Source of the DNA: an uncultured Actinomycetes bacterium
GTDB taxonomy: Bacteria; Actinomycetota; UBA4738; JBBDTT01
Assembly (NCBI GenBank): GCA_963742735.1
Contig: CAVUMN010000004.1
Coordinates: forward strand, 672,001 to 736,000
Direction of reading: 5' to 3'
Length of the DNA stretch: 64,000 nucleotides
The notes below the pieces were generated by a model. The model ran no database searches. It saw only the letters and a program-made list of their open reading frames with translations, and had not been told where the DNA came from. Of the stretch, positions 19,635-27,529 are shown in pieces. Each line of letters begins with the position of its first letter. Position 1 is the stretch's first letter. A program made the translations under genes and the position numbers.

Positions 19635-20705
19635 GTGCGTTCTCCGTTCCTGATCCCACGATTCGACGACGCCACCGTCGAGCTCCAGGCCCGCGTGGAC
19701 GAGGTCCTCGAGATGGCCGTCGACGGCCTCGCCACACGGCTCGAGCCCGACGCACGCGGAGCGCTCCCGCTCGTGGCGGCCTTGCGCGAGGCGGTCCTGT
19801 CCGGAGGCAAGCGGTTCCGGCCGATCCTGTGCGTGTGGGGGTACCGGGCCGGTGGCGGCGAGGACGAGGCCGCGATCGCGCGGGCGGCGGCCGCTCTGGA
19901 GCTCGTCCACGTCTTCGCGATCGTGCAGGACGACCTGATGGACGACGCGCTCATCCGCCGCGGGCGGCCTGCCCTCCACGTGCGGCTGGCCGAGATCCCC
20001 GGGGAGGAGAGCCAGGGCGCCGCCCTGGCGCTCCTCGTGGCGGACCTGGCCATGTTCCTGGCCGACGAGCTGCTGGCGGGCGCCGCGTTCCCGGCCGAGC
20101 GGATCCTGCAGGCTTTCGCGCCGTTCAACCGGATGCGCGTCGACGCCGTCGCCGGGCAGTACCTGGACCTGATCGGCAGCGACGACCTGGCCGACCACGA
20201 CGAGGCGGAGGCGGCCAAGATCGGCGCGCTGAAGACCGGGGGCTACACGGTCGAGGGCCCGCTGTCCGTCGGCGCGGCGCTCGCCGGCGCGGACCCGGCG
20301 GTCTCGGACGCGCTCTCGCGCTACGGCCGGGCGGTGGGACGGGCCTTCCAGATCCGCGACGACGTTCTGGGCGCCTTCGGCGACGAGGGCGACACCGGGA
20401 AGGACGCCGGGGCCGACCTGCGCCGCCGCAAGCCGACGGTGCTGCTCGCGAAGGCGCTGCGCGCGGCGTCGGAGGCGGAGCGCCGGTTCTTCGAGGCCCG
20501 CCTGGGCCGGCCCGACCTGACCGAGGGCGAGCTCGAGCAGGTGCGACAGGTGATCATCTCGAGCGGGGCGCTCGAGGAGACGCTGCTGCTGATCCGCTCG
20601 CTGCTTCGCGAGGCGAAGGGTGCGGTCGACGTCCTGGCCATCCCCTCGCCCGCCCGCGACGGCCTCCGCGCGCTCGCCGACCTGCTGGCGCTGAATCCCG
20701 CCTAG
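19635..20705 (+). CDS. Short-chain polyprenyl diphosphate synthase (FPP/GGPP)
   Basis: GGKRFRP, FARM QDDLMD..RRG with Phe five residues before the DD, GQYLD, KT, FQIRDD..G; TAGCGT 6 nt before the GTG. Confidence 0.92.
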   Translation: MRSPFLIPRFDDATVELQARVDEVLEMAVDGLATRLEPDARGALPLVAALREAVLSGGKRFRPILCVWGYRAGGGEDEAAIARAAAALELVHVFAIVQDDLMDDALIRRGRPALHVRLAEIPGEESQGAALALLVADLAMFLADELLAGAAFPAERILQAFAPFNRMRVDAVAGQYLDLIGSDDLADHDEAEAAKIGALKTGGYTVEGPLSVGAALAGADPAVSDALSRYGRAVGRAFQIRDDVLGAFGDEGDTGKDAGADLRRRKPTVLLAKALRAASEAERRFFEARLGRPDLTEGELEQVRQVIISSGALEETLLLIRSLLREAKGAVDVLAIPSPARDGLRALADLLALNPA

Positions 20706-20712
20706 CCGCGGA

Positions 20713-21654
20713 TCAGGCCGTGGCCTTGATCCCGCTCCGGCGGTCGATCTGCTCGCGGACGAAGGGGTCGGCGAGCCACGCACGTGTCGCCTCCAGCCAG
20801 CGCCCCGGCGCCTCGAGCTGCGGGACGTGGCCGACCCCGCGGACGATGCGAAGCGTCCAGTCGGGCCTCCGGCGGATGAGCTCCTGCGCCGAGCGGACCG
20901 GGACCAGCCGGTCGGCCGCGCCGTGGATCACCAGGGTCGGCGCCTGGACCGCCTCCACCATCTGCCAGGTCCGCTTCGGGGCCAGGGTTGAACGCACGAG
21001 CGTGCGCGCGGCGCGGAGGAACGCGTGCACCGCGTAGCCCATCTCGGCTCGCTCCTTCGCCAGCTCGATGTGGGCGTCCAGCACCGCGGGGTCGATCCGC
21101 GAGGGATCGACCGTGCACAGCTTCATGGTCTCGCGTACGAGCCCCTCGGGGCCGGCGCGGCGGGCGCGCCGCCGGGCCACCAGCTCGCCCAGTCCGGGCA
21201 CCACGTTCGCCGCGAACAGGGCCACGACGAGGGGATCGATGCGCGACCCCGGGGCTCGGGGGACCGCGGGGTCCGTCAGGATCAGCCCGGCCACCGACGA
21301 TCCGCCGATCGCGCCCTCCATGATCGAGATCCATCCGCCCATGGAGTTCCCGACGACGACCGCGGGACGGCCCACGACCTCCTCGATGAAGCGGTGCACC
21401 AGCTCGCGGTTCGCGTGGGGGGTCGCCGAGCGTGCGTCCAGCGGGGTGCGGCCGAACCCGGCGAGGTCGAGGGCGTGGACGGCGCCGTGCTCGGCCAGGC
21501 CGGGCGCGATCGGCAGCCAGTTCAGGAGCGATCCGCCCAGGCCGTGAACCAGGACGAAGACCGGCCCGTCCGCGGGACCATCCCAGAGGACGTGATGCAC
21601 GGGGCCGTTCAGGTCGGCCCACTGCGAGGGCGGCACGAGCTTCCTGCGGACCAT
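20713..21654 (-). CDS. Alpha/beta hydrolase
   Basis: VHGLGGS, DLAGFG, nucleophile elbow GNSMGG, HGAADRLVP, GHVPQLE. Confidence 0.9.
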   Translation of the reverse strand: MVRRKLVPPSQWADLNGPVHHVLWDGPADGPVFVLVHGLGGSLLNWLPIAPGLAEHGAVHALDLAGFGRTPLDARSATPHANRELVHRFIEEVVGRPAVVVGNSMGGWISIMEGAIGGSSVAGLILTDPAVPRAPGSRIDPLVVALFAANVVPGLGELVARRRARRAGPEGLVRETMKLCTVDPSRIDPAVLDAHIELAKERAEMGYAVHAFLRAARTLVRSTLAPKRTWQMVEAVQAPTLVIHGAADRLVPVRSAQELIRRRPDWTLRIVRGVGHVPQLEAPGRWLEATRAWLADPFVREQIDRRSGIKATA

Positions 21655-21697
21655 GTCAGCCGAAGCGTACCGGGTCGGGGGCAGAATCCGGCGCGAG

Positions 21698-21703
21698 TAC
21701 ACT
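21698..21703 (+). promoter_or_regulatory. Leaderless-type -10 box for cphB-cphA
   Basis: TACACT 7 nt before ATG 21711; no Shine-Dalgarno. Confidence 0.6.
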
Positions 21704-21710
21704 GGCTCGA

Positions 21711-22676
21711 ATGACCCCCGAAGCGGCCCGCGTGGGCGTCGTGATGGCCATCGGCGGCGCCGAGGACAAGCTTCGTGATCGCGCGATCCTCGAGCGCTTC
21801 GTGCAGCTCGCCGGCGGGACCAGGGCGCGGATCGCGATCATCAGCACGGCGTCGTCGCTCGGCGACGAGGCGACGGAGCTCTACTCCGCCCTGTTCGCCC
21901 GCGAGGGCGCGGCCGAGAGCTTCGGGTTGCGCCCCACAACGCGCGAGGAGGCCAACGACCTCGGGCTCGCCGAGCTGATCGGCGTCGCCACCGGCATCTT
22001 CATGACGGGCGGCAACCAGCTGCGGCTGGCCAGCATCGTGGGCGGGACGATCCTCGGCCAGGCCCTGCTCGACGCGCACACCCGCGGCGCGGTGATCGCC
22101 GGGACCTCCGCGGGGGCGAGCGCGATGTCCTCGCACATGATCGCCTTCGGCCGCGCCGGCGCCAGCCCGAAGCACCGGATGGTCCAGCTGGCTTCCGGCT
22201 TCGGCGTCCTGCCGGGCGTGGTCATCGACCAGCACTTCGAGCAGCGCAACCGCCTGGGCCGGCTCCTGGCCGCGGTCGCGCAGTCGCCCGGCCTCATCGG
22301 GATCGGCATCGACGAGGACACCGCGATCGTGGTCGACGACGGCGTGCTCGAGGTGATCGGCAAGGGCGCGGCGACGATCGTCGACGGGTCCCACGTCGTC
22401 ACGGACGCGTTCGTGACGAAGGGCCATCGGCCGATGATGGTCTCCGGGGCGAAGCTGCATTCGCTTCCCTCTGGGTGGCGCTACGACCTCCGGTCCCGGA
22501 CCCTCGTGCACGAGGACGGGACCCTCGAGCCCCGCGAGGCGGCGCGGCTGACGCTGGCCGGCGAGCGAGCCCGGAAGCTGGCGCGCCGGATCGCCGCGGA
22601 GGGAGCCGACGACCGGGCCCCCGAGCGCGCGGAGAAGCGCCGGGAACGGGAGCGCCGCCGGGAGGCCTCGGAGTGA
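21711..22676 (+). CDS. cphB: Cyanophycinase (peptidase S51)
   Basis: IGGAEDK, FMTGGNQLRL, AGTSAGAS (catalytic Ser), IDQHFEQRNRLGRL, GIDEDT; overlaps the cphA start by 4 nt (GTGA). Confidence 0.95.
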   Translation: MTPEAARVGVVMAIGGAEDKLRDRAILERFVQLAGGTRARIAIISTASSLGDEATELYSALFAREGAAESFGLRPTTREEANDLGLAELIGVATGIFMTGGNQLRLASIVGGTILGQALLDAHTRGAVIAGTSAGASAMSSHMIAFGRAGASPKHRMVQLASGFGVLPGVVIDQHFEQRNRLGRLLAAVAQSPGLIGIGIDEDTAIVVDDGVLEVIGKGAATIVDGSHVVTDAFVTKGHRPMMVSGAKLHSLPSGWRYDLRSRTLVHEDGTLEPREAARLTLAGERARKLARRIAAEGADDRAPERAEKRRERERRREASE

Positions 22677-25501
22677 GCGCGGTCCGCAAGGAGGACGTCC
22701 CCGCCCCCAAGAAGCCGGCGAAGAAGCGGGCGCCGAAGCCCACGCCGGGGCCGAAGGTGGCGAAGCTCCAGCCCGACCTGACGATCCTCGAGTCGCGCGT
22801 GTACCGAGGCCCCAACTACTGGTCGTACGAGCCGTGCATCCGCCTGCTGGTGGACCTCGGCTCGCTCGAGGAGTGGCCCTCGAACACGATCGCCGGGTTC
22901 ACCGAGCAGCTCCTGGACCTGTTGCCCGGCCTCCAGGACCACGCGTGCTCGCTCGGCCGGCGGGGAGGCTTCGTCAAGCGGCTCCGGGACGGGACGTGGG
23001 CGGGCCACGTCGCCGAGCACGTGGCCCTGGAGCTCCAGCGCGAGACCGGGACGGAGATCCGCCGAGGAAAGACGCGCGGCGCCGACGCCACCGGCCAGTA
23101 CAACGTGATCTACGGCTACGCCGAGGAGACCGTCGGCCTGACCGCCGGCCGGCTCGCGGTGAAGCTCGTGAACCATCTCGTCGAGGCGGATCCCGGCTTC
23201 GACTTCGTCGCCGAGCTCGAGTCGCTGATCCTGCTCGCCGAGCGGGCCGCCTTCGGCCCGTCGACCCAGGCGCTGATCGACGAGGCCGTCTCCCGGGACA
23301 TCCCCTTCATCCGGCTGAACGAGGCCTCGCTGGTCCAGCTCGGGCAGGGCGTCCATCAGAAGCGGATCCGGGCCACGATGACCTCGGCCACGCCGGCGCT
23401 CGCCGTCGACATCGCGGGCGACAAGAAGCTGACCAACAAGCTTCTGGGTGCGGCCGGCGTCCCCGTTCCCAAGTCGCAGGTCGTCCGGGAGGAGGACGAG
23501 GCCGTCCGGGCGGCGCGCGGGATCGGGTTCCCGGTGGTGACCAAGCCGCTCGACGGCAACCACGGCCGGGGGGTCTCCATCGACCTGCGGACCGACGCCG
23601 CCGTCCGCAAGGGGTTCCGCCTGGCCCGCGAGCAGACCCGCGGCGGGCGCGTCGTCGTCGAGACGTACATCGCCGGCAACGACTACCGGGTCCTGGTGAT
23701 CGGCGGCGTCATGGCGGCGATCGCCGAGCGCGTGCCGGCCCACGTGACCGGCGACGGGACGCAGACGGTCGCCCAGCTCCTGGAGGAGACCAACGCCGAC
23801 CCCCGGCGGGGGATCGGTCACGAGAAGGTCCTCACCAAGATCAAGCTCGACGACGAGTCGGTCGCGCTGGTGAAGGGGCAGGGCTACGCGATGGACGACG
23901 TGCCCCCCAAGGGCGAGATGGTGAAGCTGAAGCTGACCGGCAACATGAGCACCGGCGGGATCTCCATCGACCGGACCATGGAGGCGCATCCCGACAACGT
24001 GGAGATCGCGGAGGAGGCCGCGCGCGTGACCGGGCTCGACGTGGCCGGGATCGACTTCATCACCCCGGATATCTCGACGCCGGTCCGCGAGACGGGCGGC
24101 GCGATCGTCGAGGTCAACGCCGCGCCGGGCTTCCGGATGCACACCAATCCCACCGAAGGCGAGCCGCAGTACGTGGCCAAGCCGGTGCTGGACCTCCTGT
24201 TCCCGGCCGGCGCCTCCTCGCGCATCCCGATCGTCGCGGTGACCGGATCGAACGGGAAGACGACGACGGTGCGGATGATCGCCCACATCTTTCGCGGCAT
24301 GGGCCGCAAGGTCGGGATGACCTCGACCGACGGCATCTACATCGACGAGCGCCTGGTGAAGAAGGCCGACGCCAGCGGCCCGAAGTCCGCGCAGATGGTC
24401 CTGCAGAACCCGCGGGTGGACTTCGCCGTGTTCGAGGTCGCCCGCGGCGGCATCCTTCGAGAGGGCCTCGGCTACGGCCGCAACGACGTCGCGGTCGTCC
24501 TGAACGTGACCGGGGACCACATGGGCCTCGGCGAGGTGAAGTCGATCCGCCAGCTGGCCGCCGTGAAACGGGTGATCGTGGAGGCCGTCCCGCGTGGAGG
24601 GACCGCGGTCCTCAACGCCGACGACCCCCACGTCGCGGAGATGCGCAAGCACTGCTCGGGCTCGATCGTGTTCTTCTCGATGGAGCCGAACAACGAGCTC
24701 GTCGAGCGCTACGTCCGCCGGGGGGGCCGGGCGGCGGTCCTGGGTGAGGGCGCCCACGGCGAGATGATCGTGATCCGCGACGGGCGGCGGACCATGCCGC
24801 TGGCCTACACCCACCTGCTTCCCGCGACGTTCGGCGGGCGGGCCCGGATGAACGTCCAGAACGCGCTCGCCGCCACCGCCGGCGCGTATGCGGCCGGCGC
24901 GCACCTGCACGACATCCGTCAGGGGCTGCGGACGTTCTCCACCAGCTACTACCAGGCGCCGGGGAGGCTGAACCTGTTCGAGCTGGATGGCGTGAAGGTC
25001 GTCGTGGACTACGCGCACAACCCCGCGGCGCTGCAGGCCGTCGGCCAGTTCGTCGACTCCATGACGTCGTCGCTGGGCGAGTGGCAGGCCGGTCTGCGGC
25101 TGGGGGTGATCGCCACGCCCGGCGACCGGCGCGATCAGGACGCCCGCGAGATCGGCAAGATCGCCGCCCGGTACTTCGACGAGATCATCGTGCGCGAGGA
25201 CCGCAACCTCCGGGGCCGCGAGCCCGGCGAGACGGCCGGCCTGATCGTCGAGGGGATCCGCCAGGAGATGAAGAAGGGCGCCCGCTGCGGGTCCGTCCAG
25301 GTGGTCCTCGAGGAGATGGAGGCCACCCGCACGGCGCTCGACCGGAGTCGTTCGGGCGATCTGGTGGTGCTCTGCATCGACTACGCGACCGACGTGTGGG
25401 CCGAGCTGCAGGACCGCCTCGAAAACGCGAAGGCCGGCGTGGGCGGCGTGCCGCCCGGGGCCGGGCGCGAAGGCGACCCCGACTTCGGCCGCCCCGTCTA
25501 G
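22673..25501 (+). CDS. cphA: Cyanophycin synthetase CphA1
   Basis: N domain RGPNYWS with Cx19HxxEH (CSLG...AGHVAEH); ATP-grasp FGPST, KPLDGNHGRG, NMSTGG, EVNAAPGFRMH; Mur domain VTGSNGKTT, EVARGG, PGRLN, DYAHN. Confidence 0.97.
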   Translation: MSAVRKEDVPAPKKPAKKRAPKPTPGPKVAKLQPDLTILESRVYRGPNYWSYEPCIRLLVDLGSLEEWPSNTIAGFTEQLLDLLPGLQDHACSLGRRGGFVKRLRDGTWAGHVAEHVALELQRETGTEIRRGKTRGADATGQYNVIYGYAEETVGLTAGRLAVKLVNHLVEADPGFDFVAELESLILLAERAAFGPSTQALIDEAVSRDIPFIRLNEASLVQLGQGVHQKRIRATMTSATPALAVDIAGDKKLTNKLLGAAGVPVPKSQVVREEDEAVRAARGIGFPVVTKPLDGNHGRGVSIDLRTDAAVRKGFRLAREQTRGGRVVVETYIAGNDYRVLVIGGVMAAIAERVPAHVTGDGTQTVAQLLEETNADPRRGIGHEKVLTKIKLDDESVALVKGQGYAMDDVPPKGEMVKLKLTGNMSTGGISIDRTMEAHPDNVEIAEEAARVTGLDVAGIDFITPDISTPVRETGGAIVEVNAAPGFRMHTNPTEGEPQYVAKPVLDLLFPAGASSRIPIVAVTGSNGKTTTVRMIAHIFRGMGRKVGMTSTDGIYIDERLVKKADASGPKSAQMVLQNPRVDFAVFEVARGGILREGLGYGRNDVAVVLNVTGDHMGLGEVKSIRQLAAVKRVIVEAVPRGGTAVLNADDPHVAEMRKHCSGSIVFFSMEPNNELVERYVRRGGRAAVLGEGAHGEMIVIRDGRRTMPLAYTHLLPATFGGRARMNVQNALAATAGAYAAGAHLHDIRQGLRTFSTSYYQAPGRLNLFELDGVKVVVDYAHNPAALQAVGQFVDSMTSSLGEWQAGLRLGVIATPGDRRDQDAREIGKIAARYFDEIIVREDRNLRGREPGETAGLIVEGIRQEMKKGARCGSVQVVLEEMEATRTALDRSRSGDLVVLCIDYATDVWAELQDRLENAKAGVGGVPPGAGREGDPDFGRPV

Positions 25502-25776
25502 CCCCCCTCCGAGTCCGCCTTCTTCCCTCGATGCCACCAGCGCGTCGCGACGACCCTCGTCTGCTTCGCCTTCTCCTTCGCGCGCTCGAGGGCCACCTGC
25601 GCCCATGTGTACTGCGTGGCGAGGACGGCCAGCCCCGCGATGATCACCAGCAGCCCCGGCCCGGGCAGGACCAGCATGGCCACCCCGGCCAGGATCAGGA
25701 CCAGGCCGACGATGGTGACGGCCACGGCCTTGGAGTTCCGGCCGATCCAGCGCAGGACGTCCATGGGCTTCACCAT
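25498..25776 (-). CDS. Small PGPGW-family membrane protein
   Basis: 92 aa, 2 TM; MLVLPGPGLL..GLAVLATQY.WA. Confidence 0.8.
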   Translation of the reverse strand: MVKPMDVLRWIGRNSKAVAVTIVGLVLILAGVAMLVLPGPGLLVIIAGLAVLATQYTWAQVALERAKEKAKQTRVVATRWWHRGKKADSEGG

Positions 25777-25783
25777 CGCGAGT

Positions 25784-27505
25784 TCATTCTCTCCCGCGCC
25801 CCCTGGCCGCGAGCGTCCGTACCCGGGCCGGGGTCAGGCGGCGCGCGCCCGCCGCGTCCAGCCACGCGAACACCTCCGGCCGCATCGCGAGGGCGGTGAC
25901 CGCGACCACGTCCCCCCGCGCCGACGCCTCGAGCATCGAGCCCAGCGCGACCACCTCGTCGGGGTGGATGTCGATCTCCTGCGCGCCCCCGTCCACCGCT
26001 CCGGCGCGCATCCGGTCGATCAGCTCCTGCCGGTCGCGGCCTCGCAAGTACCGCAGGAGCTCGGCGATGCCGACCCGGTCGGCCCTCCGCGCGGCGATGT
26101 AGCCCAAGCCGTGCAGGATCGCGTCGCTGCGGTCGCCCGCCGCGGCGATGGTGATCCACACCCGCCCCCCGGGCTTATGGAGCCCGGTGCAAACCTCCAG
26201 CAGTCCCTCCAGTCCGGCCTCGTTGTGCGCGTAGTCCACGACGACGACGCGGCCGTCGAGCTCCCACAGGTTCATCCGCCCCGGGTTGCGCTCCGGATCC
26301 AGGACGAACGTCCGCAGCCCGTCCAGCACCGCCGTCTGGGGGAGGCCGGCGCCCAGCGCCGCCGCCGCGGCCGCCATCGCGTTCGCGAGGTTGATCGAGG
26401 ACAGGCCGGCGATCGTCATCGGCACGTCCAGGGTCGGCATCAGGTGACGGACCCGGCTGCCGGTGAGGAGGGCCAGGTCCCCGTCGACCACCGAAAGGGC
26501 CCGGCCGCCCTCGTCGAGGGTGGCGCGGATCCACGGGTTGTCCGGGCTGAGCGCGAACGCGAACGCCCCGGCCGGGGACAGCCGCCCCATCGCGATCACC
26601 CGCGGGTCGTCGGCGTTGAGCACCGCCCAGCCGTCGCGCTTGGTGATGCGCGTGATCGTGGCCTTCACCTCGGCGAGCTGGTCGAGCGTCTCGATCCCGT
26701 GGAGCCCGAGATGGTCGGCCGACACGTTGGTGACGACCGAGACGTCGTTGTAGGCGGTGCCGATGCCCCGGAGGAGGATCCCGCCCCGGGCGGTCTCCAG
26801 GATCGCGAGCTGCACGCCCGGCTGCGCGAGGGCCATCCCCGCACCGCCGAACCCCGAGTAGTCGCCCTCCTCCACGCGTTCGTCGTCCAGATAGACGCCG
26901 TCGGTGCACGAGTACGCGGTGACCAGTCCGGCGGTCCGCCCGATGTGGGAGAGGAGGCGGACGACCGTGGTCTTCCCGTTCGTTCCGGTGACCTGGATCA
27001 CCGGGATCTTCGGGCGAGGGAGCGAGGGCCGCGCGCCGGGGTCGACACGGACCAGGCGCCGGGCGGCGTCCTCGACCGCGCGGTCGATGGGACCCCGGGC
27101 CGAGACGGCCCGCTCGAGCAGGCCCTCCAGGAGCGGGGCGAGGGCGGTGGCCGTCCCGCGGTTGCGCCACGGGTAGGCGAGCACGACCTCGTCGGCCGCG
27201 GCCCCGGCTCGCCACCGGACCCCCACGCGCACCTTGCGCGCGAGGGCGACGCGCCGCGCGAGGTGGGCGGCCAGCCGGGCCACGAACCGCCGGCGGTGAT
27301 CGGTCCCGGGCGGCCCGGGCGCGATCGAGGCGGGGAGGGCGGCGTTGCGGGCGGCCCTGGCGGCTCGTTCCTCGGTGAGGTCGAGCCAGCCGGCGACCGA
27401 CATCGTCAGCTTCACGGCGGGACGGGTGAAGTAGAGGTTCGGTCCGTCGAGGACACGAACCTCGGTCACCCGTGCGAGCGGCGAACGCGCCGGACCCCGA
27501 GACAC
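25784..27505 (-). CDS. CphA-derived Mur-ligase protein (degenerate N domain + M domain, no ATP-grasp)
   Basis: 573 aa from GTG 27505: EVRVLDGPNLYF (matches the CphA N-terminus), then directly IPVIQVTGTNGKTT, TDG, GDYSG, LETARGGIL, NVSADHLG, LNADD, PGRMN, DYAHN, GDR. Confidence 0.85.
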   Translation of the reverse strand: MSRGPARSPLARVTEVRVLDGPNLYFTRPAVKLTMSVAGWLDLTEERAARAARNAALPASIAPGPPGTDHRRRFVARLAAHLARRVALARKVRVGVRWRAGAAADEVVLAYPWRNRGTATALAPLLEGLLERAVSARGPIDRAVEDAARRLVRVDPGARPSLPRPKIPVIQVTGTNGKTTVVRLLSHIGRTAGLVTAYSCTDGVYLDDERVEEGDYSGFGGAGMALAQPGVQLAILETARGGILLRGIGTAYNDVSVVTNVSADHLGLHGIETLDQLAEVKATITRITKRDGWAVLNADDPRVIAMGRLSPAGAFAFALSPDNPWIRATLDEGGRALSVVDGDLALLTGSRVRHLMPTLDVPMTIAGLSSINLANAMAAAAAALGAGLPQTAVLDGLRTFVLDPERNPGRMNLWELDGRVVVVDYAHNEAGLEGLLEVCTGLHKPGGRVWITIAAAGDRSDAILHGLGYIAARRADRVGIAELLRYLRGRDRQELIDRMRAGAVDGGAQEIDIHPDEVVALGSMLEASARGDVVAVTALAMRPEVFAWLDAAGARRLTPARVRTLAARGRGRE

Positions 27506-27511
27506 GCGCGG

Positions 27512-27521
27512 ATCGTAGACT
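27512..27521. promoter_or_regulatory. Overlapping bidirectional -10 boxes (ATCGTAGACT)
   Basis: Minus strand TACGAT (27517-27512) is 6 nt before GTG 27505; plus strand TAGACT (27516-27521) is 8 nt before GTG 27530; the boxes share the central TA; the gap between genes is 24 nt. Confidence 0.65.
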
Positions 27522-27529
27522 CCGCGCCC

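Noticed and set aside
22481-25606. 1041-aa antisense ORF opposite cphA, and similar long ORFs (29494-32580, 53371-56301, 11504-13315, 49334-51493)
   Set aside because: Shadow frames of real genes in high-GC DNA; no motifs and typical biased composition
25784-27505. Calling this gene murE/murF/folC or a cphA pseudogene
   Set aside because: It has CphA-specific signatures (GPNLY, ETARGG, DHLG), no dcw context, an uninterrupted frame and its own promoter box
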